From positions 80,166,001-80,230,000 of the forward strand of contig OZ360221.1 of NCBI GenBank assembly GCA_977017645.1: a stretch of 64,000 nucleotides of DNA, written 5' to 3'. Made by a program: the position numbers and the translations under genes. Positions within the stretch are counted from its first letter, which is position 1, and each line of letters opens with the position of its first letter. The stretch comes from Torpedo marmorata (taxonomy: Eukaryota). The notes under the pieces are model-generated. The model ran no database searches and had not been told where the DNA came from. It saw nothing but the letters and a program-made list of their open reading frames with translations. Of this stretch, positions 24,906 through 34,790 are shown piece by piece.

Positions 24906-25715
24906 CAATATATCTTTGTTTCCTAGAGATTCTGAAAAGACTGGCTGAGTTTCTCCAGCATTTCGGTGTGTTTTACTACAATCACAGCGTCTGCAGACTT
25001 TCGTGTTTCACCCGGTCTGGTGAATGGTGTTTCAGTGAGAGTACATTTTGGGAACAGTGATCACAACTTGTTAAGTATTACGATAGTTATGGACAAGTTA
25101 GGGAAAATGTTAAATTTGGAAAAGGCAAATTACAACATAATTAGACAGGAGCTGGGGGAGTAGATTGGGAGCAACTGCACATGGGCAAGTCCACACTGAG
25201 TGGGTGATTAAAAAGTAACTGAGCAGAATTCAGGAGGCATTGTCCAGTGAGGAACAAAGACAAGGAGGGCAAGGTTTGGAATTCTTGGATGATGAGAGAT
25301 GCTGTAAATTTAGTCAAAAAGAAAAGGGAGGCATACTTAATCTCTTTTACTACAACTTCATACGTGTGACAAAAACTAGCAGATGTGTAGTGTTTAGGAA
25401 GCTAAAATCAGACAGGGTCCTTCAGGAACATAAAGAAAGCATGAAAGAACTCAAACAGGAAATCAGGGGGCAAAAAATGGCCATGAAGTGTCCTTGGTGA
25501 GTCGGATTAAGGAAAATCCCAAGTTATTTTACCATATACATCAAAAACAAAAGGGTAGTCAGGGAGAGAGTAGGGCCGCCAAGGAGAAAGAAGGGAAGTT
25601 ATGCTTGGAGCTAGCGGAAGTGGGCGAGGTACGAAATATGTACTTTGCATTGGTACTCACGAAGGAGAAGAGCATGGAGGATAGTGAGATCAATGTGGAG
25701 TTTGCTAATATTCTC

Positions 25716-26508
25716 ATAATAACTAAAATGTTGGTGCTGCCGGAAGAGCAGTAACAGCAGCGCTGCTGCTGAGGCGAAATCGCGGGGTCCTACCGCCCAG
25801 TCCTACTGCTGACGGCTCCGTACAGGCTTTAAACAGCCTGTTAAAGGAGCCGATGGTGTTTTATTTAAAATTCTACAACTGGCGGCTCCTATTTTTGGCA
25901 GTGGCCACGAGGGATTACAGACTCCGGGGGAGCTCCAGTAAGGGGGAGAACAACCTCCCTCCCCCGTTGGGAAGGAGAAGCAGAGAAGATGATTCTAAGG
26001 AAGGTGACTACGGTGGTGGATTAGCAAGGGGCTCTGCAGCTGGAGGACACAGGAGGCGAGCTGTTGGCAAATTGCGGGCGGGGAACCCACACAGGCTGCG
26101 GGTTGCTGGCGACTTGAAGTCAAAGGACTCACACCAGGCTGCAGGCTGCTGAGACTGGCTCATAAGAACCAGATATCGGAACTGAAATTCAAGAGGTTGC
26201 TGAGGCCAAGAAAGGCTCCCGAAGGGCCCTGGGTGCTGAAGGCTTCATCATCGTGTTGGAGGTTTGGATTTAGGCTCGGGTTGCTGATGGTTTGATCTGA
26301 ACTGGAGTCTTGTGCGGCTGTAGGATCGCTGGAGGCGAATCCACGGACACTCGATGACACTGGTGGGACTCTCTTTTGCTTCTCTTTCTCTGACTGTAAG
26401 GAGGCAATGCTAATGACAAATCATTGTCTGTCTTATGGCAGACTAAAGGCAATTTTGTGTAGTAAAATATTTCTGTTTTAATACACGACAATAAATAGAA
26501 TCTAATTT
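25716..26508 (+). mobile_element. Unclassified ~790-bp insertion with GC-rich 5' part and Rex1-like 3' end
   Basis: Interrupts the host CR1 linker; ends ACGACAATAAATAGAATCTAAT like the Rex1 tails in this window; no RT similarity seen. Confidence 0.6.
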
Positions 26509-26789
26509 TAGGGGATGTTGATATCAAGGAGGAGTGACATTGGGTCTATTGAAGAACATTAAGGTAGATATATCCCCAGTGCCTGATGGGATCCGTTCCA
26601 GATTATTAGAAGAGGTAAAAGAGAAGATTGCTGAGGCCTTGACAGAAATCTTTGTATGTCCTCTAGCCACTGTCGCGTTCTCAAAGAAACATATAGCCAG
26701 TGTTGGTCCTGTTTCAAAGGCCAAAAGGGATAATGCAGCAAATTATAGGCCTGCGAGTGTTAGTGGTAAGGAAACCAGTGGAGAGAACA

Positions 26790-27255
26790 CAGAATATTAC
26801 AGCACAGTACAGGCCCATAAACCCACTATGTTGTGCTGACCTATATAAACCGACTTAACAATATAAACATTCTCTACCTCACACACATAATCCTCCATGT
26901 TTCCAGCACCCATGTGCCTGTCTATAAGTTTTTTTTTAATTTCCCTATTATAACAGCCTCTACCACTATCATGACAATGCATTCCAGGCACTTACTACTC
27001 TCTGTGTAAAAAAAACTTAACTCTGATGTCTCCCCTACACTTGCCTCCCCTCACCTTAAACAGATGTCCTCTGGCATTTGCTACTGTTGCCCTGGGAAAA
27101 ATGAGCTGGCTGTCCACTGCAGACTTTTATCGTCTCCTCTCGTCCTTCTTTGCTCCAAAGAGAAAAGTCTCAGCTCTGTTAACCTTGGATCATAAGGCAC
27201 GTTGTCCAATCCAGGCAACATCCTGGTGAAACTCCTCTACACCCTCTCTAAAGCT
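26790..27255 (-). mobile_element. CR1 3' end
   Basis: Reverse complement of the CR1 C-terminus and 3' UTR. Confidence 0.85.
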
Positions 27256-27259
27256 CATC

Positions 27260-28890
27260 AATTATTTGCACTTCCTAGTGCCACGTGCTAATGAAGTTAG
27301 AAATAGGTGGATAATGGAGCTTAATACGTGGCTAAAGAGATGGAGGGAGGGCTTCAGATTTCTGGATCATTGGGCTCTCTGCCAAGGAAGGTGGAACCTG
27401 CTCCGGTGGGGTGGTTTGTATTTGAACTGGAGGGGGACTAATATCCTTGCAGGAAGGTTTGCTAGTGCTGCTCTGGGGGGTTTAAACTAGTCTGGCAGAG
27501 GGATGGTAACCAGGAGAAGGCAGAAAATAGAGCAGATGGTGAAAAAGTTGATACCATGTGTAGTGAGTTTGTGAGGAAGGACAGGCAGTGGAGAAAGCAT
27601 AAATGTAGTCAGTTGGAGGGTTTGAAATGTGTTTATTTCAATGCAAGAAGTATTAGGAATAAGGGAGATGAATTTAGAGCATGGATCAGTATGTGGAATT
27701 ACGATGTTGTGGCTATTACCGAGACTTGGATGACACAAGGACAGGATTGGCTGATGCAGGTACCAGGGTTTAGAAGATTTAAAAGAGATACGATGGGGAT
27801 AAAAAAGGGTGGGAGTAGCATTATTCATCAGGGATAGTATCACAGCTGCAGAAAGGGAGGGCATTGTGAAGAAATTGTCCACTGAATCAGTGTGGGTGGA
27901 AATCAGAAACAGGAAGGGAGCGATCACTATACTGGGAGCAGTCTACAGGTCCCCAAATAGCCATTGGAACACTGAGGAGCAGACAAGTAGCAAATTTTGT
28001 AATGGTGCAGAAATAACAGGGTTGTTGTGATGGGAGATCTCAATTTCCCATGCCGACTGGAGAAGAGGCCATACTGGATCTAGTGTTGGGTAATGAACCT
28101 GATCAGGTGACTGGCCTCTCGTTGGGGGAGCATTTCGGTGAAAGTGACCACAACTCCCTGACCTTTAGCAAAACTATGGACAAGGATAAGAGTAGGCAAA
28201 ATGGAAAAGTATTTAATTGGGCAAGGGCAATTACGATGGGATTAGACAGCAATTGGGGAGAGGAAATTGGGAACAGATGTTCTCGGGGAAAAGCACAAAT
28301 AATGTGGAGGATGTTTAGGGACCACTTGTGCAGGTTTATGGATAGTTTTGTCCCACTGAGACAGGGAAAAGATGGTAGGATAAGGGAACTGTGGTTGAGA
28401 AGAGGTGAGACAGCTAGTTAAGAGGAAGAAAGAAGCATACAGAAGGTTGAGGAAGCAAAAGACAGGAAGTACTCACGAGAATTATATAGTAGCCAGGAAG
28501 GCACTTAAGGACTGAGGAGAGCTCGCAGGGGGCACAAGGCGGCCTTGGCAAGTAGGATTAAGGAAAACTCTAAGGCAATCTATGCAATACGTGAAGAGCA
28601 GAAGGATGACAAGAGTGAAGGTAGGGCCGCTTGATAAAGAAGCAACGTACCTTGAGGGAGAGAGGGTAGGGGAGGTCCTAAATGAATACTTTGCTTCAGT
28701 GTTCACCAGAGAGGGGGACCTTGGTCAATGTGGGGACAGTATAGAACAAGTTTATGTGCTGAAGCATGTTGATGTAAAGAAGGAGGAAGCACTGGATCTT
28801 CTTAAAAACATTAGGATTGATAAATCCCCAGGACTAGATGAGATATACCCCAGGTTACTACAGGAAGCAAGGGAAAAGATTGCTGGGGCT
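27260..28890 (+). mobile_element. CR1 fragment: ORF1 end, APE endonuclease, linker
   Basis: GFRFLDHW...LNWRGTNILAGRF; CVYFNARSIRNK; VVAITETW; ILDLVLGNEP; SDHN; KSPG. Confidence 0.88.
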
Positions 28891-29204
28891 TTACGTCCTC
28901 CCTGGCCAAACAGGGGAGGTACCAGAGGAATTGCTCCCTCCTCCAGCCACGCATTCATCTCCATATCATCCTATTCTTACCCTTACTGACGCAGTGATTA
29001 CTACTCTTCGGGTCCTGTCCTTCAGCTTTCTACCCAGCTCCCTGTATTCTCTCTTCAGGACCTCATCCTTTTTCCTATATATATCGTTGATACCAATATG
29101 TACCACGACTTCTGACTGCTCAGCCTCCCTTTTCAGGATGCCATGGACCTGATCCAAGACATTCCTAACATTGGCACCTTTCGTGTCCATAGAGTCTGCC
29201 CCTC

Positions 29205-29467
29205 TAACTATCAAATCTACAACAAACTCAGAGACTCATTTAAGAACTCTTACTTTGCACGTTATTTATTGTTGAATATTTATTTTCTGTATTGCACAGT
29301 TTGTTTGCACTGCTTTCTTTGTTTACATTTCTCTCTTTGGTATATGTATCTTTTCATGAGTAGTTTTTTACACTACCGATAAGTAGAAATTCTGTCTGGC
29401 CCGCAGGAAAAGGAATCTCAGGGTTGTGTGATGTCATGTATGTACTCTGACAATAAATCTGAACTTT
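29205..29467 (+). mobile_element. Rex1/Babar 3' UTR fragment
   Basis: Similar to 2470-2746; GACAATAAATCTGAA tail. Confidence 0.85.
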
Positions 29468-29497
29468 AAACCTTATCACTACCACTCTCCTTTTCAC

Positions 29498-29712
29498 GTT
29501 AGCGCAATGCTATTACAACACCAGTGACCCAGGTTCGAATCCGGCGCTGTCTGTAAGGAGTTTGTACGTTTTCCCTGTGTCTGCATGGATTTCCTCCTGG
29601 TGCTCCGGTTTCCTTCCACTCTTCAAAACATATGGGGGTTATAAGTTAATTGGGGTATTTGGGTGACCCAGGCCTGTTACCGTGCTGCATGTCTAAATTT
29701 AAATTTAAAATT
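29498..29712 (+). mobile_element. V-SINE (HE1-like, tRNA-derived)
   Basis: B-box GGTTCGAATCC, V-domain CTGTAAGGAGTTTGTACGTT...GGTGCTCCGGTTTCC, CR1-like GGCCTGTTACCGTGCTG tail. Confidence 0.85.
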
Positions 29713-30540
29713 TAATTCTTCCTCCTTCCCTTCTGAGCTACAGGGTCAGGTTCAGTGCCAGAGTGGCTTTGCTCTGGTAAGTTGTCACCCCCACCCCCAA
29801 CAGGATCCAAAGCTGTGTACGTATTAGGAAAATGGCCACAGGGGCACCCTGCACTACCTGCCTGCTTGCTTTTGTTTTCCATCTCCAGTTTTCTGCCTCC
29901 TGCACCTTGGTGTGACTGCCTCCCTGTAGCTCGTATCTTTGAACTCCTTATTCTTCCGTAAGAGTTGAAGGTCATCAAGCTGTAGATCCAATTCCCTAAC
30001 ACAGTCTGGAAGAAGCTGCAACTCAATGCACCTTGTGCAGGTGTAGCTATCAGCGATATGGAAATACTCCCAGAATTCATACATTTCACAAGATAAATTC
30101 CCACATCTCACAAGATGATTCTTAGGAATTCTTAGGAACAAGGTTTACTCACCTTTGGAAAAACATGGACGTTATAGATAGTCTGCATAATTTTATGCAG
30201 GGCAAATTATGTTTTGCCAACTTGATTACATTTTTTGGAAGAGGTAATGAAGATGTTTGATGAGGGATGGCAGTGTTGTCTACATGGACTTTACTAAGAC
30301 ATTTGACAAGGTCCTTCATGGTAGGCTGATCCAGAAGATTAAAACACATGGTATCCATGGTGACTTTGTAGATTGGATTCAAAATTGGTTTGGCCACGTA
30401 GAGGCGTCGTCATGTAAGAGTGCTTCTCTCACTGAAGACAGAGGGTCGTCATGTAGGGGTAATTCTCTCAATAAAGGTCTGTAACCAGTGGTGTCCTGCA
30501 GGCATCAGAGTTGGGACCTCTGTTATTTGTGATAGATATA

Positions 30541-31600
30541 CAGTGCCCTCCATAATGTTTGGGACAAAGACACTTTTTTCCTTTATTTCCCCATGTGCTC
30601 CTCAGTTTTAAATTTGTAATCAAACAATTCACATTTAATTGAAGTGCACATTCCAGATTTTATTCAAGGTTATTTGTATACATTTTGGATTGACCATGTA
30701 GAAATTACAGCACTTTTTATACATAGTCCCCTCATTTTAGGGCATCATAATGTCTGGGACATTTGGCTTCACAGGTGTTTGCAAGTATTCAGGTATGTTT
30801 AATTGCTTCATTGGTGCATGTATAAGAGAGCTAGGCTTGCTTTGAAGCTTTTAATCACCTTTGGCGTGTGCAGTTGCCATTTATCAACATGAGGACCAGA
30901 GTTGTGCCAATGAAAGTCAAAGAAGCCATTATGAGGCTGAAAGACAAGAATAAAACAGTAAGAGACATCGCCCAAACCTTAGGATTTCCAAAATCAACAT
31001 TTGGAACATCATTAAGAAGAAAGAACATACTGGTGAGCTCAGTAATCGCAAAGAGACTGGTATTCCAAGGAAGACCTCCACTGCTGATGACAGAAGAATT
31101 CTCATCATAATGTAGAAAAATCCCCAAACGCCTGTCTGACAGATCAAAAACATTCTTCAGGAGGCACGTGGATGCTTCAATGACTACTGTCTGCAGAAGA
31201 CTTCATGAACAGAAATACACTGGTCCTCATGTTGAAAAATGGCAACTACACACTCCAAAGGTGATCAAAAGCTTCAAAGCAAGCCTCGCTCTCTTATACC
31301 TGCACCAATGAAGCAATTAAACATACCTGAGTAATCACAAACACCTGTGAAGCCAAATATCCCAAACATTATGGTGCCTTGAAATGAGGGGACTATGTAT
31401 AAAAAGTGCTGTAATTTCTACATGGTCAAATCAAAATGTATACAAATAATCTTGAATTAAATATGGAATGTGCACTTTAATTACATGTGAATTGTTTGAT
31501 TACGATTTTAAAATTGTGGAGCACAGGGGGAAATAAAGGAATAAAGTGTCTTTGTCCCAAACATTACGGGGGGGGGGGGGGTGGTGGCACTGTGGCACTG
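30541..31600 (+). mobile_element. Tc1-family (IR-DR type) non-autonomous fold-back derivative
   Basis: CAGTGCCC...GGCACTG ends in a TA-rich site; ~360-bp inverted arms 30541-30899 and 31220-31600; centre encodes a paired-like HTH (MRTRVVPMKVKEAI...VRDIAQTLG.PKST). Confidence 0.9.
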
Positions 31601-32889
31601 TGTATAATTGGCAGATAATTAGTGGAGTTGTGAATGGTGAAGAAGGTTGTCAAAGAATGCATACGATATAGATCATTTGGAGTTATGGTCAGAAAAATGG
31701 CAGATGGAGTTTAATCTGGACAAGTGTTAGGTGTTGCATTTTGAAAGATCAAATACAAGGTGAAGGTATACAGTACATGGCAAGACACTTGGGAGCATTG
31801 ATGTACAGAGGAATCAAGGTGCAAATCCATAGCTCCAGGAAAGCACCAAAATGTGGATAGCATTGTAAAGAAGGCCAACAGAATAAGAAAAGGCCTGGGA
31901 ATACATATTGCAGATGTATGAAACTTTAGTTAGGTCACATATGGAGAATTGTGAGCAGTTCTGGTCACCACATTAGAGGAAGGATGTGCAGGCTTTGGAG
32001 TGTGTGCAGAAGAGGTCCACCTGGATGTTGCCTGGTTTGAAGAGTATTAGTCACAGGTTGGACAAACTTTAATTTCTCTGGTGCATCAGAGGCTGAGGAG
32101 AGACTGAAGAGAAGTTTATAAATTCATGAAAGGCAATGTTAGAATAGATGGTTAGACTTTTTCCAGGGGTAGAATTCTGAAATACTATTGGAAATGAAAT
32201 ACTATCATTTCCCACATGCATATCTTTCTTCCAGTTCTCTGGTTTACCATAATTTCACAACTGTGACCCCTTGGGTTTCATTTTAGCTGTCAGATATAGT
32301 CGAAAAGAAAAAGGAGATTCTACAAGATGGAAGACCAAAACTTCCATCTAATTCGTAAATATCCATCAGATAGTCACATAAAGGAGTTGTGGTCAAGGTG
32401 TATGCTAAGGACAGCATGGTTGTTGTATGTAGGGTCAGTTGGTAGAAGATATCTCCTGGATGCTCACATTTAGGCCCATCCTATTAATGGAAAAAAAATT
32501 GGTGTTCCAAAAGCATATGGGTAATCATGTACGTCACTCAATGACCATGTTGGGATGACTTTGGTTCTAGAATGGAGATGACAAAAGTTGTACAATTTCC
32601 TGTAGATTACCTCTGTTGCTGCAGAAAACTTGGTGCAATCTTGCAGCAAGAAAGATTGTGAAGAGGAGCAAAAAAATAAAAACAAATCGTAGAAATCCAA
32701 AACAAAAGGTTAATGCTGGATGAACTAACCAGAACAGCCAGAATCCATGGAGGGAGAAAATATTCCCATTGTTTCAGGTTAATGAACTTGTTTTAAGTTG
32801 CAGAAAGGAAGAGAAGAGAGAAGTGGAGAGAAGAGGGGATTCCTGTGATAGAAACAGAAAATGGGAGGAGGAACAGGTTCTTCCTTGTA

Positions 32890-33450
32890 ACTTTTGCATT
32901 CACTGGTCTTCTCGTGTTCCTTTAGCATGAGGAAATATATCTACCTCCCTTTTTAATGTATTTATTGACTTTGCCGTCACCACCTTCTGGGATAGTGAAT
33001 TCCACAGATTCATCACGCTCCATGTGGAGAAATTTATCCTGTTCTTGGTTCTAAATGATGTACTCCATTGCCCGATACTCTGACCCCTTCTGTTGGACTC
33101 CCCCCAACAATCCGGTATCAAATTTGTCTCGTCCTATTAGAACTTTATAATTTTCCACAACATCCCCCTTTTCTAAATTCTGGTCAATATCGGCATAATC
33201 ACTCCAATCTCTCATCAATCGTCATTCAACCTACCTTATCAGCAATCGGTCCAGTAATTCTTTACTGCATTCCCTCCACTGATAACATCCTTCCTCAGAT
33301 AAGGAAACCAAAACTGTATACAAAAATTCACCTAGCACATTTGTAAAAGAGATCCTTGTTCCAATCCTCTTGAAATGAAGGGCAATATGCCATTTGCCTT
33401 CTTATCCACTTAATGCACCTGAACACTTGCTTTCAAAAAAATGGTGTACT
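32890..33450 (-). mobile_element. Old CR1 3' fragment
   Basis: VMNLWNSLSQKVV..KSINTLKREVD on the minus strand. Confidence 0.7.
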
Positions 33451-33454
33451 GGTT

Positions 33455-34100
33455 GCATCTCCTAGCTCATTGAAAGTGGTCACACAAGTAGAAAGGATGG
33501 TAAAGAAGGCATAAGGTATACTTGCCTTCATTGGGCAGGGCATTGTGAATAAAAGTAAGGAGGTCATGTTGCAACTATATAAAAAACTTTGGTTAAGCCA
33601 CATTTGGAATACTGTGCATTTCTAGTTGCCCCATTACAGCAAGGATGTGGAAGCTTTAGAAGGGTTACAGAAACGGTTTACCAGGATGTTGCCTGGTTTA
33701 GAGAGTATGTTATGGAAAGGAAGTTGGATAAACTTGGGTAGTTTTGTCTGGAGCATTGGGGGCAGAGGGGAGACCTAATAGAAGTTTATGAAATCATGAG
33801 GCATTAATAGGGTAGACAGGCAGATCCTTTTCTTAGCATGACATACCAGAATACATGCGTTTAAGGTGGAGGGGGGGTGGAAGGCAATTTTATTTCTACA
33901 GACAAGAGTGGTGGGTCCCTGGAATCGTTTACCAAGAGTAGTGGTGGAAGCAGATACAATAGCATTTAAAAGGCTTTTCGATAGACATGAATATGAAGGA
34001 GATCATGTGCAAGCTGCAGAGTTTTAGTTTAACTTGAGCATCATGCCGGGCGCAGACGTGGGTCGAAAGGCCTGTTCCATCTTGTAACTTTCTATGTTCT
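33455..34100 (+). mobile_element. CR1 3' fragment
   Basis: LVKPHLEYC, QKRFTRMLPG, GDLIEVY and a CR1 tail. Confidence 0.8.
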
Positions 34101-34282
34101 CGTAACAGTGATAGTTGGAGACTATTAAGTAATACAAAATTTGAAAAACTACATTAGCACAAAACGAAAATATACATCTGTAACCAATACTTCATTAAAA
34201 AAAAATCAGTATTCAAAATTTTCATGATTTATGAAATCATGTCATAAAATTAGACAAAATGTTAACAAGTAATCAGAAGGTT

Positions 34283-34571
34283 AATAGTAAAACACGAAAG
34301 TCTGCAGACACCGTGATTGAAGTAAAAACACAATGCTGGAGAAACTCAGCTGGTCAAACAATGTACTTTATGTAGCAAAGATAAATATACATAACCAAGG
34401 TTTCGGGCTTGAGCCCTTCATCAAGGTATGACCAACATAACCAACATTTCAGGCTTGAGCCCTTCATCAAGGCCATACCTTGATGAAGGGCTCATGCCCG
34501 AAACGTTGGTTGTGTATCTTTATCTTTGCTACTGTTTGACCCGTTGAGTTTCTCCAGCATTGTGTTTTTAC
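34283..34571. mobile_element. Fold-back composite of Penelope-like tails with three hammerhead-like motifs
   Basis: Minus-strand motifs at 34395-34426 and 34441-34472, plus-strand motif at 34478-34509; flanked by an 11-bp duplication ATCAGAAGGTT. Confidence 0.85.
34478..34509 (+). ncRNA. Minimal type I hammerhead-like motif (U at position 3)
   Basis: CC-TTGATGA-A-GGGC-TCAT-GCCC-GAAA-CG-TT-GG. Confidence 0.65.
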
Positions 34572-34639
34572 ATCAGAAGGTTCGTTTTGATCTTGGGTTC
34601 TGCCATGAAGTGTGGGACATGGGAATTATCTGCATTTCC

Positions 34640-34790
34640 AGTAAAAACACAATGCTGGAGAAACTCAGCAGGTCAGTGTACTTCATATAGCAAACATAAA
34701 GATACATAACCAACGTTTCAGGCTTGAGCCCTTCATCAAGTAATGAACAAACTGTGGGCAGCCGCCCGAACAAAATGGTGTAAACAAAAT
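34640..34790 (-). mobile_element. Penelope-like tail copy with hammerhead-like motif
   Basis: Minus strand CTTGATGAAGGGCTCAAGCCTGAAACGTTGG...GTGTTTTTACT. Confidence 0.8.

Larger units (their letters stand above)
16709..25010 (+). mobile_element. Penelope-like element (Neptune-like), near full length, with four nested insertions
   Basis: Partial pLTR 16709-16779 repeats 24944-25011. RT motifs FYLLPKIHK, AMGTCMGPSYA, YIDD, LPFLD; GIY-YIG VFYCIRC..CGLLCIGETGRRLGDRFVEH; CCCGG duplicated at the flanks; about 3.5 kb after removing inserts. Confidence 0.9.
28940..30125 (-). mobile_element. CR1 ORF1 (Zn finger/leucine zipper and SGNH esterase) remnant
   Basis: SCEMYEF...YTCTRCIELQLL...LDLQLDDL; EVVVHIGINDI. 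Confidence 0.8.
16263..32190 (+). mobile_element. Old CR1 host element split into collinear pieces (16263-16708, 25011-25715, 26509-26789, 30128-30540, 31601-32190)
   Basis: Pieces read in order EN (GDFNFP, LGNEPG | ..HFGNSDHN), linker, SP.PDGI, YMDFTKTFDKV, VI.. | ..WQMEFNLDKC, then the C-terminus. Confidence 0.75.

Noticed and set aside
29498-29550. tRNA gene
   Set aside because: The B-box belongs to a 5'-truncated V-SINE head; there is no complete cloverleaf.
26790-30125. One CR1 with an internal inversion
   Set aside because: The + and - pieces overlap in ORF1 with different sequences, so they are more likely separate elements.
31568-31581. Poly-G run as a functional G4
   Set aside because: Slippage expansion or sequencing artefact within the Tc1 right TIR; absent from the left arm.
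32287-32360. Possible + strand exon (TTTTAG|...TC|GTAAAT, LSDIVEKKKEIL...)
   Set aside because: No recognisable protein and no partner exons; splice-like signals are common in AT-rich DNA.
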